A stretch of DNA of 64,000 nucleotides from an uncultured virus (IMG/VR IMGVR_UViG_3300044641_005543) (taxonomy: Duplodnaviria; Heunggongvirae; Uroviricota; Caudoviricetes), in the IMG/VR virus record IMGVR_UViG_3300044641_005543; one strand, written 5' to 3'. The notes beneath the pieces are model-generated. The model saw nothing but the letters and a program-made list of their open reading frames with translations, searched no databases and was not told the origin of the DNA. The first letter of the stretch is position 1. Every line of letters starts with the position of its first letter. Shown in pieces: positions 19,801 to 29,478 of this stretch. The position numbers were made by a program, and so were the translations under genes.

Positions 19801-21350
19801 ATCCCACTATTATCATTAGCTGCTTCGCCATCAATATCGCTTGCCAATTGAATCCATGAGCTTCCATCCCAATAGTATACTCTAACATGGCCACTGTCGG
19901 CGCCATTATCATCATTACCATTTGCGCCAACTGCTAGAATATTACCATCACTATTTAAACTAACACTATATCCGCTAGTATCATTAGCAGCTTCACCATC
20001 AATATCATTTCCTCGCTGAATCCATGAGCTTCCATTCCAAGCATAAACTCTAACGTGACCACTATTGCTACCATTACCATCATTATAGATAGCTCCTATA
20101 GCTAAAATATTGCCATTGCTATTTAAACTAACGCTATACCCACTAAAATCATTAGTTGCTTCACCGTCTATATCGCTTCCTCGTTGAACCCACAAAATAC
20201 CGTTCCAAACATATACTCTAACATGGCCACTATTACTACCGTTATCATCATTGCGAGTTGCCCCTATCGCCAAAATATTGCCATCACTACTCAAACTAAC
20301 ACTATATCCACTCAAATCATCCGCTGCTTCGCCATCAATATCTACTCCTAGTTGAATCCATGAACTTCCGTTCCAGCTATATACTCTAACATGACCACTA
20401 TTACTTCCATTACCATCATTAAAATATGCTCCTATAGCTAGAATATCACCATCACTATTTAAATTAACACTAATACCACTATAATCACCAATAGCTTCAC
20501 CATCAATGTCTGTGCCTAATTGAGTCCATATAGTTCCATTCCAAGAATAAACCCTAACATGACCTGTGTTAGTATTATTGCCATATGCTCCTATGGCTAA
20601 AATATTGCCATCATTATTTAAAGCAACACTATATCCACTATAATTGTAAGAGGCTTCTCCATCGATATCGCTTCCTCGTTGAATCCATGAATTACCATTC
20701 CAAACATATACTCTAACATTACCACTATCATTACCATTATCATCATTATCAGGCGCACCAACAGCTAATATGGTACCATTACTATTTAAACTAACTGACG
20801 CACCACTAAAATCGCCAGCCGATTGACCATCTATATCATTTCCCAACTGAACAGAATATGGCGATGAAACATATCGATAAATTTTATTGGTATCTAATGT
20901 AACATATATTGTACCACTAGTTCCAACCGTTGCTAACAATGCTCCATAATCAGCAACTTCTACTACATCATTAACACCGTCCAAAGCATTTTGTAATCCA
21001 GAAACATCAGAAATAATATGACTATGACCATCAAAACTAACACCACTAGTACTAATAGTTAAACTATTTGCTAAATCGTTATAATTAATATTAATACCAG
21101 TTCCAGCAACTAAAAAACCATCTCCTAAAATATCTTCAATATCTTCAGGATCAATAGTAGCACCCGCATTAAAGTAAGCTAAACTATTCCATGGAGTACT
21201 TCCATCTCCAATTTTTAATTTACCAGTATCTTTTTCATATCCTGGTTCACCCAATCGTAAAACTTCACCACCGGGTTGAGGTTCACTTGCTGTCCATTCT
21301 GCTGCTGTTCCACGACGTAATCTAATAATACCATGTTTGTTGTTTGACAT
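16812..21350 (-). CDS. large mosaic tail-fibre protein (Mtd-like N-terminus, 7-repeat FG-GAP-like propeller, GGG-N repeats)
   Basis: N-terminal LRRGTAAEW...GEPGYEKDTGKLKIGDG; seven DIDGEA..D.SG.SVSL..DG.ILA.GA repeats. Confidence 0.8.
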   Translation of the reverse strand: MSNNKHGIIRLRRGTAAEWTASEPQPGGEVLRLGEPGYEKDTGKLKIGDGSTPWNSLAYFNAGATIDPEDIEDILGDGFLVAGTGININYNDLANSLTISTSGVSFDGHSHIISDVSGLQNALDGVNDVVEVADYGALLATVGTSGTIYVTLDTNKIYRYVSSPYSVQLGNDIDGQSAGDFSGASVSLNSNGTILAVGAPDNDDNGNDSGNVRVYVWNGNSWIQRGSDIDGEASYNYSGYSVALNNDGNILAIGAYGNNTNTGHVRVYSWNGTIWTQLGTDIDGEAIGDYSGISVNLNSDGDILAIGAYFNDGNGSNSGHVRVYSWNGSSWIQLGVDIDGEAADDLSGYSVSLSSDGNILAIGATRNDDNGSNSGHVRVYVWNGILWVQRGSDIDGEATNDFSGYSVSLNSNGNILAIGAIYNDGNGSNSGHVRVYAWNGSSWIQRGNDIDGEAANDTSGYSVSLNSDGNILAVGANGNDDNGADSGHVRVYYWDGSSWIQLASDIDGEAANDNSGISVSLNSDGNILAIGAIFNDGNTDYDSGHVRVYNLIGPYVELSRYPSEHVHVSTDITDFNSSVSGLLPVKDIIAGSGIAVSSTSGVYTINADVSGVILETIQDNLGSGFLVAGTGVQLTYNDAANTLTLDNLHTQINELSLEPQGFVNRVDSVITFDDSSRTFTIAPTGSSYDIYIEGVKVTKTLGESIVIGSGTALNYLHFDTSTGLLSNKTTGFNFDTDVPIAYIHWNSDINQSTFFGEERHGIRMDSSTHKWIHNTFGMQYIDGLSIGGYTLLGNGSSNSHAQIDISDGTLYQEDIIINITNGTGAGAFIQQLNPIAYIPVYYHLGSTGQWVRDVATTYPLKYNGTRALYNLYSGGTWTTPNVTNNRYFAMWIVGTNDINDPILAIMGQREDSSLQSAENNNNWSDINLTNIPTNELRPLYRLIFVTNDTFTNTPKSSLQSILDLRKSIITATYGVSQNDHGNLFGLGDDDHYQYIHINEARSIDAVHTFTNGLTISSGLLSAASGSFTSLNVNGTGVSLNGHTHTSSNITDFNSSVSGLLPSISGSGYVTTSFVNNIYTISVTGLQPSGSYANSIHNHISADITDFSNSVSGLLPVKDIVSGSGILVSTNSGIYTIASSGGIIITNYTDNRVLTSTGTSNEINAETNLTFDGTILAVSGIIDIDNLRLDGNTISSQNSNGNIIIQPSGIGSIQRDSGGNVRGEYANDWQTVRSTGTMVAKGDYSVICGGANNISDGSYSFIGGGDDNETTSNYNVVVGGINNYAGGTYTVIGGGEQNSANSSANTIAGGSSNIVEDYSPYSSIGGGQSNYIHWYASHNTIGGGYQNESYNSNYATIPGGFNGKTSHYGALCHAAGKFAANGDAQHMILVARRSTNTNTPALLYLDGSLRPITVPPKTTWTFEIKVSAYNDTDNEGGWWIFRGGIRRNASAQTSLIGGLITESFAESSLSSANITVVANDTTETLDINVTGISGKTIRWVAVIDISQVSTGSP
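19690..20860 (-). repeat. seven tandem ~55-58-aa FG-GAP-like coding repeats
   Basis: recurring ACTCTAACATGGCCACT- and GCTTCACCATCAATATC-like blocks; boundaries approximate. Confidence 0.85.
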
Positions 21351-21351
21351 A

Positions 21352-21672
21352 TTATGTTCTTTCTATTCTATCTTCTAAGGCTTCTAATGTTTTACCTAAG
21401 GTTGCTATTTGAACTTTTAATTCATTCATCACATCAGTATTTCTTTGTAGTGCTGATGCAAAAGCTGCCTGTGTTTCTTTATTACTAGCTAATCTTTCCA
21501 TAATAAATTGACGATCAATAAGATATGGACTATCATTTTTAACAATTTCTAATACTTCACTTTTGGTTACCATTTTTCGGCCTATTGTTACCCAAAATCC
21601 TAACATCGTAACAATTATACCAATACTGGTTGTTGCAATATTTTCCCAAAAATGAATAATAGTATCACTCAT
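21352..21672 (-). CDS. membrane protein with coiled-coil tail
   Basis: one N-terminal TM followed by a heptad-rich C-terminus. Confidence 0.55.
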   Translation of the reverse strand: MSDTIIHFWENIATTSIGIIVTMLGFWVTIGRKMVTKSEVLEIVKNDSPYLIDRQFIMERLASNKETQAAFASALQRNTDVMNELKVQIATLGKTLEALEDRIERT

Positions 21673-21689
21673 AGATAGTGTCTTTCTGT

Positions 21690-21731
21690 AAAAAAATATA
21701 AGCTAGCGATATATTTACCACTAACTTATAT
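21690..21731 (-). terminator. intrinsic terminator
   Basis: 15-bp stem ATATAAGTTAGTGGT/ATCGCTAGCTTATAT (three G-U), loop AAATAT, then a U-tract. Confidence 0.7.
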
Positions 21732-21765
21732 TACACTAAACTTTTAATTGAGTATCAGAAATTGA

Positions 21766-22353
21766 TCAGCCGGTTTTCTTTTTATAAGCATCCGTAACAA
21801 TCTCAGGACTAGATGTTTTATATGTTAATTCACCAGGAACATCTCGTGTTGGACGAGCAGCATCATCTTGACTAAATGTATCAATAGCAACAACAGGATA
21901 ACCAACATCAAATTCCCCACTATATTCATTCCAGTGACCTTCTCTAATAGCTGTTGTTAAGCGACGAGTTCTAACTCCGTCGTTACAGCCCATTCCACAA
22001 GCTTTAATATAATGAATACTTTGGATTAGGTCTGGTTGTGATGCTCCACTTAATAGAACACTATTTGCTGATCCATTAAGTTCTGTTGTTACTTTTTTAG
22101 CAATTGGACCGGGATTATTATAGGCTAATATGCCACCACCGTAAACTTTTTCGATATCGTTTGTATCAACAACTGATGAACCAAACACACCAGCATCGTA
22201 TCGTGATACACTAACGCCATCTAAAAGATTGGTATTTGAAGCTTTGGCAACTGAACCACCATTACCACCAGCACCACTACCACTAACATTTGGAGGTACT
22301 GTATTATAAGGACTACCATCGGTTTTGACTGCGACTACTTGTGAAATGGCCAT
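21766..22353 (-). CDS. hypothetical protein (possible virion protein)
   Basis: 195 aa, Gly/Ser-rich, GGAG SD, followed by a terminator. Confidence 0.6.
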   Translation of the reverse strand: MAISQVVAVKTDGSPYNTVPPNVSGSGAGGNGGSVAKASNTNLLDGVSVSRYDAGVFGSSVVDTNDIEKVYGGGILAYNNPGPIAKKVTTELNGSANSVLLSGASQPDLIQSIHYIKACGMGCNDGVRTRRLTTAIREGHWNEYSGEFDVGYPVVAIDTFSQDDAARPTRDVPGELTYKTSSPEIVTDAYKKKTG

Positions 22354-22433
22354 TTTATTTCTCCATATTATATTAGTAAAAAGATCAATATTCTTTTACA
22401 CCAAATTTAAATGATATTTTATTTATTATTATA

Positions 22434-23117
22434 TCAAGGTTCAGGTGTTGGGGTTGGCGTAGGAGTTGTATATGTTGGCGTAGGAGTTGTATATGTTGGC
22501 GTAGGAGTTGTATATGTTGGCGTAGTGTTGTAACAGGGATCAACACCTGTTTCTTCCAAACATTGTGAATATCCTTCACATAGCTGTTGTGTAAAAGGTA
22601 CGCACGATACCGTCGTTGTTCCTGTCTCGCATTCGCCGGGGCCTATTATAGGATCAGTGGTTACACATTCAGAACAATCATCAACAACACGATAACGATA
22701 ATACCATTGAGAGCGAGCGGCCGCTGCTCCTGTCTCACGAAATGGTTCGGACGAATTATAACACGCTGTTCCAGGATAATTAATATGATCTTGAAAAATA
22801 CCAGAAGTACCAACACATCCACCAAAAGTGTCACCAACAACATAAAGAGTTCCGTATGGCTGTTCAGACGGAACAAGCTCTGAAGTCATAGGACTAGCAT
22901 TTCCTCCTTCTGTCCATGTTACGTTATAATAACCATCTACTTTCTCAGTGCATAGGAAGCGATTATAAGAATCGCATATGCACGGATTGATTGTTGGTGT
23001 TGGTGTAGTTGGCGTAGGTGTTGGCGTGGTCGGTTCAAAAATAACACATTCTTCACAAACATTATCTATTATTCTACGATTAAATCGATTATAATTTATT
23101 ATTAATCTTTTAGACAT
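22434..23117 (-). CDS. Cys-rich protein with Pro/Thr repeats
   Basis: PTTPTPTPTTPTPT near the N-terminus, (YTTPTPT)n at the C-terminus, many Cys. Confidence 0.65.
   Translation of the reverse strand: MSKRLIINYNRFNRRIIDNVCEECVIFEPTTPTPTPTTPTPTINPCICDSYNRFLCTEKVDGYYNVTWTEGGNASPMTSELVPSEQPYGTLYVVGDTFGGCVGTSGIFQDHINYPGTACYNSSEPFRETGAAAARSQWYYRYRVVDDCSECVTTDPIIGPGECETGTTTVSCVPFTQQLCEGYSQCLEETGVDPCYNTTPTYTTPTPTYTTPTPTYTTPTPTPTPEP
22453..22525. repeat. perfect 21-bp tandem repeat x3.5
   Basis: GTTGGCGTAGGAGTTGTATAT at 22453, 22474, 22495, partial copy at 22516. Confidence 0.95.
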
Positions 23118-23139
23118 AATATTTATTCATCATATTTTT

Positions 23140-24981
23140 TTAAAATGGATTATCTAATGCTTGTAATATAAATTTTTTATTTATACTCTCTTCTAAACCA
23201 TCAGCTTCTGCTTGTTCATCAAATAAAATAACTGGATATAAATATTTTGATGGTGCTATTCCGCCAACATTTGTTGCGCTATTAATTTGACCAAGATCAA
23301 TAACCTGATTTATATTGTATACATTCCCACTTGCCGGTATCAAATCACCATTACCAGAAACAACAAATCCTGGAGCATGATTATAATTTTCACCGCCATT
23401 ATACCAACATGCCCACCCTTTTTCAGATCTTGGAGGTTTATCATTACTTTGTATAATGACTTCTTTCATTAATGCCATATCATCAAGAATTAGATCCGGT
23501 GCTGATTCATTGTTTGGCATTACACTAGTTATTGCGCCAGGAGCATTTGGAACATAAAATGCAGGACTTATTGAACGTCCAGACCTGATTGGTCTGGCAT
23601 AAGTATTAGCACTATTCGCATCTCTGCCTTTTAAAGTATAAGGCAACATCATTAATCTATTATATGAATCTGTAAAGCCAGGATCGGTTGCATTCTCATT
23701 AGGTTCAAAATATATTCTTAATGTTCTGTTAATTGGCTTGCCACCCACTATAACTGCATATGTTAAATTTATATAATCTATATAACAATCATATTTATAG
23801 TCTATATTATCAACTTCATATCTGTATCCTTGTGGACACGGACATCCGTCTTTACATTTAAAATTAGCTGTACCATGAATTTTATTAATAAGATTTTGTA
23901 ACGTATTAGCTGTTTCTACAATTTTATTATCAATACTTGTGGTTGAATCCTTAATATAGTCATTAATAGTAAAATTATATGAAAATTTATCTGCTAGTGA
24001 TCTAGCACTAAGACTATTATTAGGAATATCCAATATTTCTGACATATGATCGTACATATAATTTATAGTGAATTCTCGTGCTACTTCATTTCGTCTTGCC
24101 TGCCACTCTGGCGTGTCAGCACGAATACGTCCTAGTTTGGCATCTTTCTGTATAGCCTGCTGTAGATCAAGAACGTAACCTGGAGGCATTGTAAGAGTTC
24201 CAAGATCATCGGACACATATTCGACTTCTGGAGGTTTATCTTTAAAATCAAATACTGATGCACTATAATGATATTTCAGTTTTGTTGTTTCATTTGTTTG
24301 ATTATTTATTCTATTAATATGAAAAACTATATCAAGACGATCTTTTACTTTTATACCAATTCTTACATTTCTTGTGGGTGCGTCCGGATCAGTAAGATTA
24401 TTAAAACTAAATTTCATAGTGGTATAATGCTCGTCTCCTGGATGACCATTAGGATCACCAGAATCAGTTCCAATCATAAAAGGTCCAAAAGTATCAAAAA
24501 ATAATTGTAATTTACATAAGTCAAAAAAATCAATATTGATACTAGCGTTAGTTTTTTTATTAATAGCAACCAGCTTTAAATCTGTTAAGTATGTCAATGC
24601 ACTAAAATCAAAAGTATCTATTTTCCCAGATGATGTTGTAAAGACTATTTTAGTAATAGATTTTTCTGTAAACAATTTATATAATACATTATTTAATGGT
24701 CCATTGTATTGTAATAATGAAGTGCCAAACACAATAGGATTATAATTTTTGGCGAATCTTGGAAGCGGTTTCCATAGATCTAAATTACAATCATCATCAT
24801 TGATTTGTAGTCTTTGAGTTTCTGATGTTCCTTTTGGTGCTTCGTGCCAAAATTTTACAGTATCATACCTATACTTATCATGTCTTGGTTCATCATCTCC
24901 ATTCCAGTCTGATCCGTCATTAAGAATGATATTTTTAAGTCTTTTAAAATCATCCAACTCATTAGTTGTAAAATTTGGCAT
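23140..24981 (-). CDS. hypothetical protein
   Basis: 613-aa ORF, no motif recognised. Confidence 0.7.
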   Translation of the reverse strand: MPNFTTNELDDFKRLKNIILNDGSDWNGDDEPRHDKYRYDTVKFWHEAPKGTSETQRLQINDDDCNLDLWKPLPRFAKNYNPIVFGTSLLQYNGPLNNVLYKLFTEKSITKIVFTTSSGKIDTFDFSALTYLTDLKLVAINKKTNASINIDFFDLCKLQLFFDTFGPFMIGTDSGDPNGHPGDEHYTTMKFSFNNLTDPDAPTRNVRIGIKVKDRLDIVFHINRINNQTNETTKLKYHYSASVFDFKDKPPEVEYVSDDLGTLTMPPGYVLDLQQAIQKDAKLGRIRADTPEWQARRNEVAREFTINYMYDHMSEILDIPNNSLSARSLADKFSYNFTINDYIKDSTTSIDNKIVETANTLQNLINKIHGTANFKCKDGCPCPQGYRYEVDNIDYKYDCYIDYINLTYAVIVGGKPINRTLRIYFEPNENATDPGFTDSYNRLMMLPYTLKGRDANSANTYARPIRSGRSISPAFYVPNAPGAITSVMPNNESAPDLILDDMALMKEVIIQSNDKPPRSEKGWACWYNGGENYNHAPGFVVSGNGDLIPASGNVYNINQVIDLGQINSATNVGGIAPSKYLYPVILFDEQAEADGLEESINKKFILQALDNPF

Positions 24982-25256
24982 TAATAGTATCTCCTAATAG
25001 GATAGTTAGGAGCAAAAGTAATTGGTTCATTATTTGCTATTCCAAAAGATGGATCACTATGAATAATATATGATCTCAGATCATTCATATCCAATACGGT
25101 ATAATCGTTTTGAATACTGGTATTAATACTTTTATGTAATTTTATTTGAATATTATTTTCTAGAATTGGTAAAGGATGATCCATAGGATCATTATATATA
25201 TTATATCTAATAATATTAGAATCTATTGTAAATGAATAGATAGTATGTATGCTCAT
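24981..25256 (-). CDS. hypothetical protein
   Basis: 91 aa; stop overlaps the next start (TAATG). Confidence 0.5.
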   Translation of the reverse strand: MSIHTIYSFTIDSNIIRYNIYNDPMDHPLPILENNIQIKLHKSINTSIQNDYTVLDMNDLRSYIIHSDPSFGIANNEPITFAPNYPIRRYY

Positions 25257-25295
25257 AATTAAATAGTCTTTTTTACTTAATTTAATATTTATATA

Positions 25296-26021
25296 CTACA
25301 CCGTTTTAAATAGATTATTCCAATTGTCATACGCTACACACTGAATATTATTCTTACAGCTATCAGATCGTTGTGTTTTAGAACCAAAACTAGAGCTAGC
25401 TGATACTAATTTAGTATTGGAGCAATAAACTTTGAATTTATTAAGATTGGCCGATATACTACTATCAATCTGTTTGTTTAATGGAAAAACTGATAATAAT
25501 TTTTGAGCACCAGACGGTGTGACTATGTATCCGTATGTTCCTGTAATCAATCCTGACGGTTTAGCAATAACATCATCTATTGTGACTTTTCTAAATCCTG
25601 GAATTTCATTATATCCAATATAGAAAATATCATAAGATAAATTTGGTAATATGGTATATAGCTTATTAAAAATATTATTAAAATTTTTATGAGGTATAAT
25701 ATCATCTTCAAAAATTAAATATGGATTTTTAGCTTGTGAACATTCTTCCCAAATTTTTTTATGAGAAAGTGCGCATCCTAAAGATCCGTATGTTAATGAT
25801 ACGCCATAGATTTTTTGTTTTTGAGATGTTATAGATTTACGACCATCATTAGTAATAATGCTATCATCAATAGTATTTATATCGATAGTTTTTCCATCCA
25901 CCCCAACAAATCTTTCACACTTATCCTTAAAAATAGTTTTATTTATTTGCTGTATAAAAAAAACATTTTTTTTAGTATCACAATCCAAATTTACATAATA
26001 GATTTTATCAAAATATAACAT
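25296..26021 (-). CDS. glycosyltransferase family 25
   Basis: IYYVNL, GCALSHKKIW, IFEDD, GYIVTPSGAQKLL. Confidence 0.85.
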   Translation of the reverse strand: MLYFDKIYYVNLDCDTKKNVFFIQQINKTIFKDKCERFVGVDGKTIDINTIDDSIITNDGRKSITSQKQKIYGVSLTYGSLGCALSHKKIWEECSQAKNPYLIFEDDIIPHKNFNNIFNKLYTILPNLSYDIFYIGYNEIPGFRKVTIDDVIAKPSGLITGTYGYIVTPSGAQKLLSVFPLNKQIDSSISANLNKFKVYCSNTKLVSASSSFGSKTQRSDSCKNNIQCVAYDNWNNLFKTV

Positions 26022-26022
26022 A

Positions 26023-26934
26023 CTATTTAACCAAATTATATACGTAGATTTTATCTGTTAATTGTTCTTTTACGAATTCTTCTTTGCCCCAATTGTCCCA
26101 ATCTATTATAATTTTATTACCAGTTATTTTAAAACTACCATGATCATCATTATTAATATTATATAATCGATTATTTCTTTTATTTAAATATATATATGAT
26201 TGCCATTTGTGACTGCGAAATTGAGCAATGCAGCAGTGTTCATTTTGAATTGTAGTAACATCTTGATCTAATAAAAAAGCAGAAGATGTATTTTTATTAT
26301 GTATATTATATGTAAAAGGCTCGAAATCTTCTATAATTTTACTTTTTAAGTTATGCTGTCTCCAATATGTTCTCCATGAACCGTCTTCAAAATGATGAAT
26401 TTTTTTAGCTTGTGCCAGTGTTATATTTAAAATAATATCGCAGGCTTTTCTATTAAAAATATATGTTGGTGGCATTCCAAATTTGATAGAACTTTCGGTG
26501 TCAGGCCCCCACACCCCAATAGACCGAATAGAGTCTTTAATTTTATTATTATTAATATGATGTTTTGGTATATAAGATAATATATCGCAATCTGATGAGC
26601 TATAGTATTCTATAGATTTTTTAATATAGTCTTTATGATATATATCATCATCATCAATTTTAATGAATAAATCATAATCTAAACTATTATATGATTTTAT
26701 AGCATTCAAATAATTAGTATGTTGATCTTTATTACTATTATAGATAATTTTTAATCGTTGATCAGATAAGAAATCTTGTAATAGATTATTATATAATAAT
26801 TTTTCTTGATTAGAATTAATATTAATATTTAATCCATAATGAATATCAATATATGATTGATGCAATATAGTATTTATGGCATTATATATATAATAAGGTC
26901 TATTATAGGATGTAGTAAAGCATAGGATTTTCAT
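26023..26934 (-). CDS. GT-A fold (GT2-like) glycosyltransferase
   Basis: TTSYNRP; IKIDDDDIY DxD motif. Confidence 0.75.
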   Translation of the reverse strand: MKILCFTTSYNRPYYIYNAINTILHQSYIDIHYGLNININSNQEKLLYNNLLQDFLSDQRLKIIYNSNKDQHTNYLNAIKSYNSLDYDLFIKIDDDDIYHKDYIKKSIEYYSSSDCDILSYIPKHHINNNKIKDSIRSIGVWGPDTESSIKFGMPPTYIFNRKACDIILNITLAQAKKIHHFEDGSWRTYWRQHNLKSKIIEDFEPFTYNIHNKNTSSAFLLDQDVTTIQNEHCCIAQFRSHKWQSYIYLNKRNNRLYNINNDDHGSFKITGNKIIIDWDNWGKEEFVKEQLTDKIYVYNLVK

Positions 26935-28187
26935 AGATTAATAATAATTTTATTAGACCACCCACTATTAGATAATGGAATTATCACACAGCGAAATGGA
27001 CGTTCTTCTGTATAAACAGTGGATTTAATTTTATTAGTAAATTTTTTCAAGTATTTTTCTTCTTTAAGATCTTTACGATATAGTAATTTTCCATCTTTTG
27101 TTTCAAAACCAAAAAAGAACATACTATAATTTTTATTATCTGGTATCTGATTTAATGGCCACTCAATATCAAACTCATATTTGTCTAACATACCAGATGT
27201 CCATTCTTGGTGTGTCATAATGTGTGGCTCTAAATATTCTTCTCTAGGATCGTAGGCGGATTTATGAACTCTTTGGTTTTTAAAATCCAAACCCACATAC
27301 AATTCATAATCATGTAAGGATCTCACATTTCCAAAACCATATTGTTTAAAATCAATATCATTATGATCAATACCAAATAATTTACGCTGTCTTTTTTTAG
27401 ATGATGCGTTTCTATGCTCTCCCTCCTCTACAAATCCATTTTTTTTAACATGATCAATCCAATGTTTGGGGCTTTTTTCTCTTAAATATTCATGCCAAAT
27501 AACAGTATAAGACGGATGAAAAAAATCGTATCCATGAGTATACGCTCTGGCACTTAAAGATAATTCTTCGCCCCTAAAATAAAAATTAGGATCGTACATA
27601 CACTCATTAACAAAATTACCGTGCGTAAATATAAAATGGCCAGATAGTAATCTAGCTTTAATTAGTTTTCTTTCTTTATTAACTGCTATATGATTTTTTA
27701 TATATATAGGGCGAGAAATAATATCTCCATCAGTTCCAAACGATTCAAATGTGCTTATCCTATAAGGTTCATTTTTTAATGGAATATTTTTTTCTGGCCA
27801 GAATGTTGTACCATATGTTCCAATAATAGGCTTACTGGAACTATTTAATGCTTCATTATACAGGGCGAAAAGGTGTTCGTCCCAATCGTTGATGAATCTA
27901 TGATGACTATCTAGTTGAAGATAAAAATCTTGATTATCGTATAAATGTTTCTGTATAGAATGTCTTGCCCAACAAGCACCCTTACTTTCTCTCCAATCAT
28001 ATTCTTCTATCTTAATATTAGATAATTTATTAATATCTGATATATCTTCTGATTCGTCTCTTTGCCAATTAATACCAAAAAATAAATTATTTGGATATTT
28101 AGCTTTACTAATACAGTCTAAAACTGTGGGAACTAATTGTTTATCTCTATATGATGCTATGCTAATAAAAATATTTTTAAAAGTCAT
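26931..28187 (-). CDS. GT60-like polypeptide GlcNAc transferase
   Basis: IFISIASYRD, LQLDSHHRF, YDP..YF.GEE, SARAYTHGYD. Confidence 0.8.
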   Translation of the reverse strand: MTFKNIFISIASYRDKQLVPTVLDCISKAKYPNNLFFGINWQRDESEDISDINKLSNIKIEEYDWRESKGACWARHSIQKHLYDNQDFYLQLDSHHRFINDWDEHLFALYNEALNSSSKPIIGTYGTTFWPEKNIPLKNEPYRISTFESFGTDGDIISRPIYIKNHIAVNKERKLIKARLLSGHFIFTHGNFVNECMYDPNFYFRGEELSLSARAYTHGYDFFHPSYTVIWHEYLREKSPKHWIDHVKKNGFVEEGEHRNASSKKRQRKLFGIDHNDIDFKQYGFGNVRSLHDYELYVGLDFKNQRVHKSAYDPREEYLEPHIMTHQEWTSGMLDKYEFDIEWPLNQIPDNKNYSMFFFGFETKDGKLLYRKDLKEEKYLKKFTNKIKSTVYTEERPFRCVIIPLSNSGWSNKIIINL

Positions 28188-28813
28188 GGTATTAATTTAA
28201 GAGCTAGAATATTATTACAACTAAATCCATACATATTAGATTTAAGAATCTGTTTAATATGTTGTTGGGTCCAGACATTTCCATTAATAATAGTATTTAT
28301 TGATGTTTTATTATGCAAGTATCCGCATGCTACTATATTATCATCTAAGGAATCTAGAAAAAAACCAGAGGATGGATATACTATGTTAATGCCTGACGAT
28401 AATAATATTTCACAAGCCTTAGCTAAAATTTGATGATCAAATTTCCTGTATTCTAATATATATCTAATTTCTCTATTTTCACATATGTCTAAGTTTTTTT
28501 TTATATCTTCTCTGATTTTATCGTATTTTCTATTTACTAAATAATAAAAAGGTAATGTTATAGCAATATAGTCTATATTATATTTTATAGCGTCTTGAAT
28601 CATAGAATGCCTATGATAACTTTCACAATTAGCTACAGGATAATCTATAAATGCTCCGACCGTTAGATTTGGAAAATTTTTTTTTATTAATTTAGCACAG
28701 TGATGGGTGGCTATAATTTTTCTAATAGAAGTATTATTAATTAAATCTTCTAGATTTTTTTTTATATCTATATCTTTCTCATCAATAGTATTGATATAAT
28801 ATTCTATATTCAT
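28184..28813 (-). CDS. DeoC (deoxyribose-phosphate aldolase)-like protein, catalytically degenerate
   Basis: IDYP, RYILE and GINIVYPSSGF align with DeoC IGFP, KVIIE and GADFVKTSTGF, but the Schiff-base Lys is missing. Confidence 0.55.
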   Translation of the reverse strand: MNIEYYINTIDEKDIDIKKNLEDLINNTSIRKIIATHHCAKLIKKNFPNLTVGAFIDYPVANCESYHRHSMIQDAIKYNIDYIAITLPFYYLVNRKYDKIREDIKKNLDICENREIRYILEYRKFDHQILAKACEILLSSGINIVYPSSGFFLDSLDDNIVACGYLHNKTSINTIINGNVWTQQHIKQILKSNMYGFSCNNILALKLIP

Positions 28814-29478
28814 TTATTTAATTTTCTTTTGATAGCTTCTATCGATCCGTATTGGTTTTGACCATATATACCATCAGCGAATCCGTTGTGTACAGCCTCT
28901 GAAGCGTTTAGAATCCAATCTGATTTTTGAGATAATTGTGATGATATATACTTTTTTACACTAGATTTTTTCCATTCTCTCTCTTTTGCTAATGGAGACT
29001 CCAAACATTTATCAGTAAAAATATCTAACATTTTTTTGGCTTCTTTTTCATTCCATTGAATATTACTAATGGCCGCTTTGTGTTCTCCGTCTAGTGAGAA
29101 AAAACCATAATGAATTAATAGATAACTATTTGGCATTAAAATTCTTAATTTAGCAGCTTGGAATATTACGCCGCTAGATGACTCTGCTTTAGCATATGCT
29201 AAAATACCAATAGGGGCTTTGGATTGGATGATGGTGTCATATATACCCAAACAATCTGTCCAATCTCCACCCGGTAAATGCATGTGTACAATAATAGGAT
29301 CAGAAGATATAATATTAAGATATCTTATATTTTTTTCAAAATTAATGGCTACCCTATAATCAACACCGCCCTCCTCTTCTCCACTATCTATAAAAGAATG
29401 AAGATAAACTTCTCTATTATCAACATCTAATCCATATTCATGGATATAATTTAATCTATTTTCTTGTCCGTTAATCAT
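28810..29478 (-). CDS. clpP: ClpP-like protease
   Basis: PGGD, AESS (Ser), LIH (His), SDWILNASEA...GFAD (Asp). Confidence 0.85.
   Translation of the reverse strand: MINGQENRLNYIHEYGLDVDNREVYLHSFIDSGEEEGGVDYRVAINFEKNIRYLNIISSDPIIVHMHLPGGDWTDCLGIYDTIIQSKAPIGILAYAKAESSSGVIFQAAKLRILMPNSYLLIHYGFFSLDGEHKAAISNIQWNEKEAKKMLDIFTDKCLESPLAKEREWKKSSVKKYISSQLSQKSDWILNASEAVHNGFADGIYGQNQYGSIEAIKRKLNK

Noticed and set aside
19690..20860. Long regularly spaced repeats as CRISPR or DGR template/variable repeats
   Set aside because: They are degenerate coding repeats differing largely at synonymous sites; I saw no adenine-specific pattern and there is no reverse transcriptase in the window.
22453..22525. Possible CRISPR array
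   Set aside because: The 21-bp units are contiguous with no spacers and are in frame in a Pro/Thr-rich CDS; no cas genes are present.
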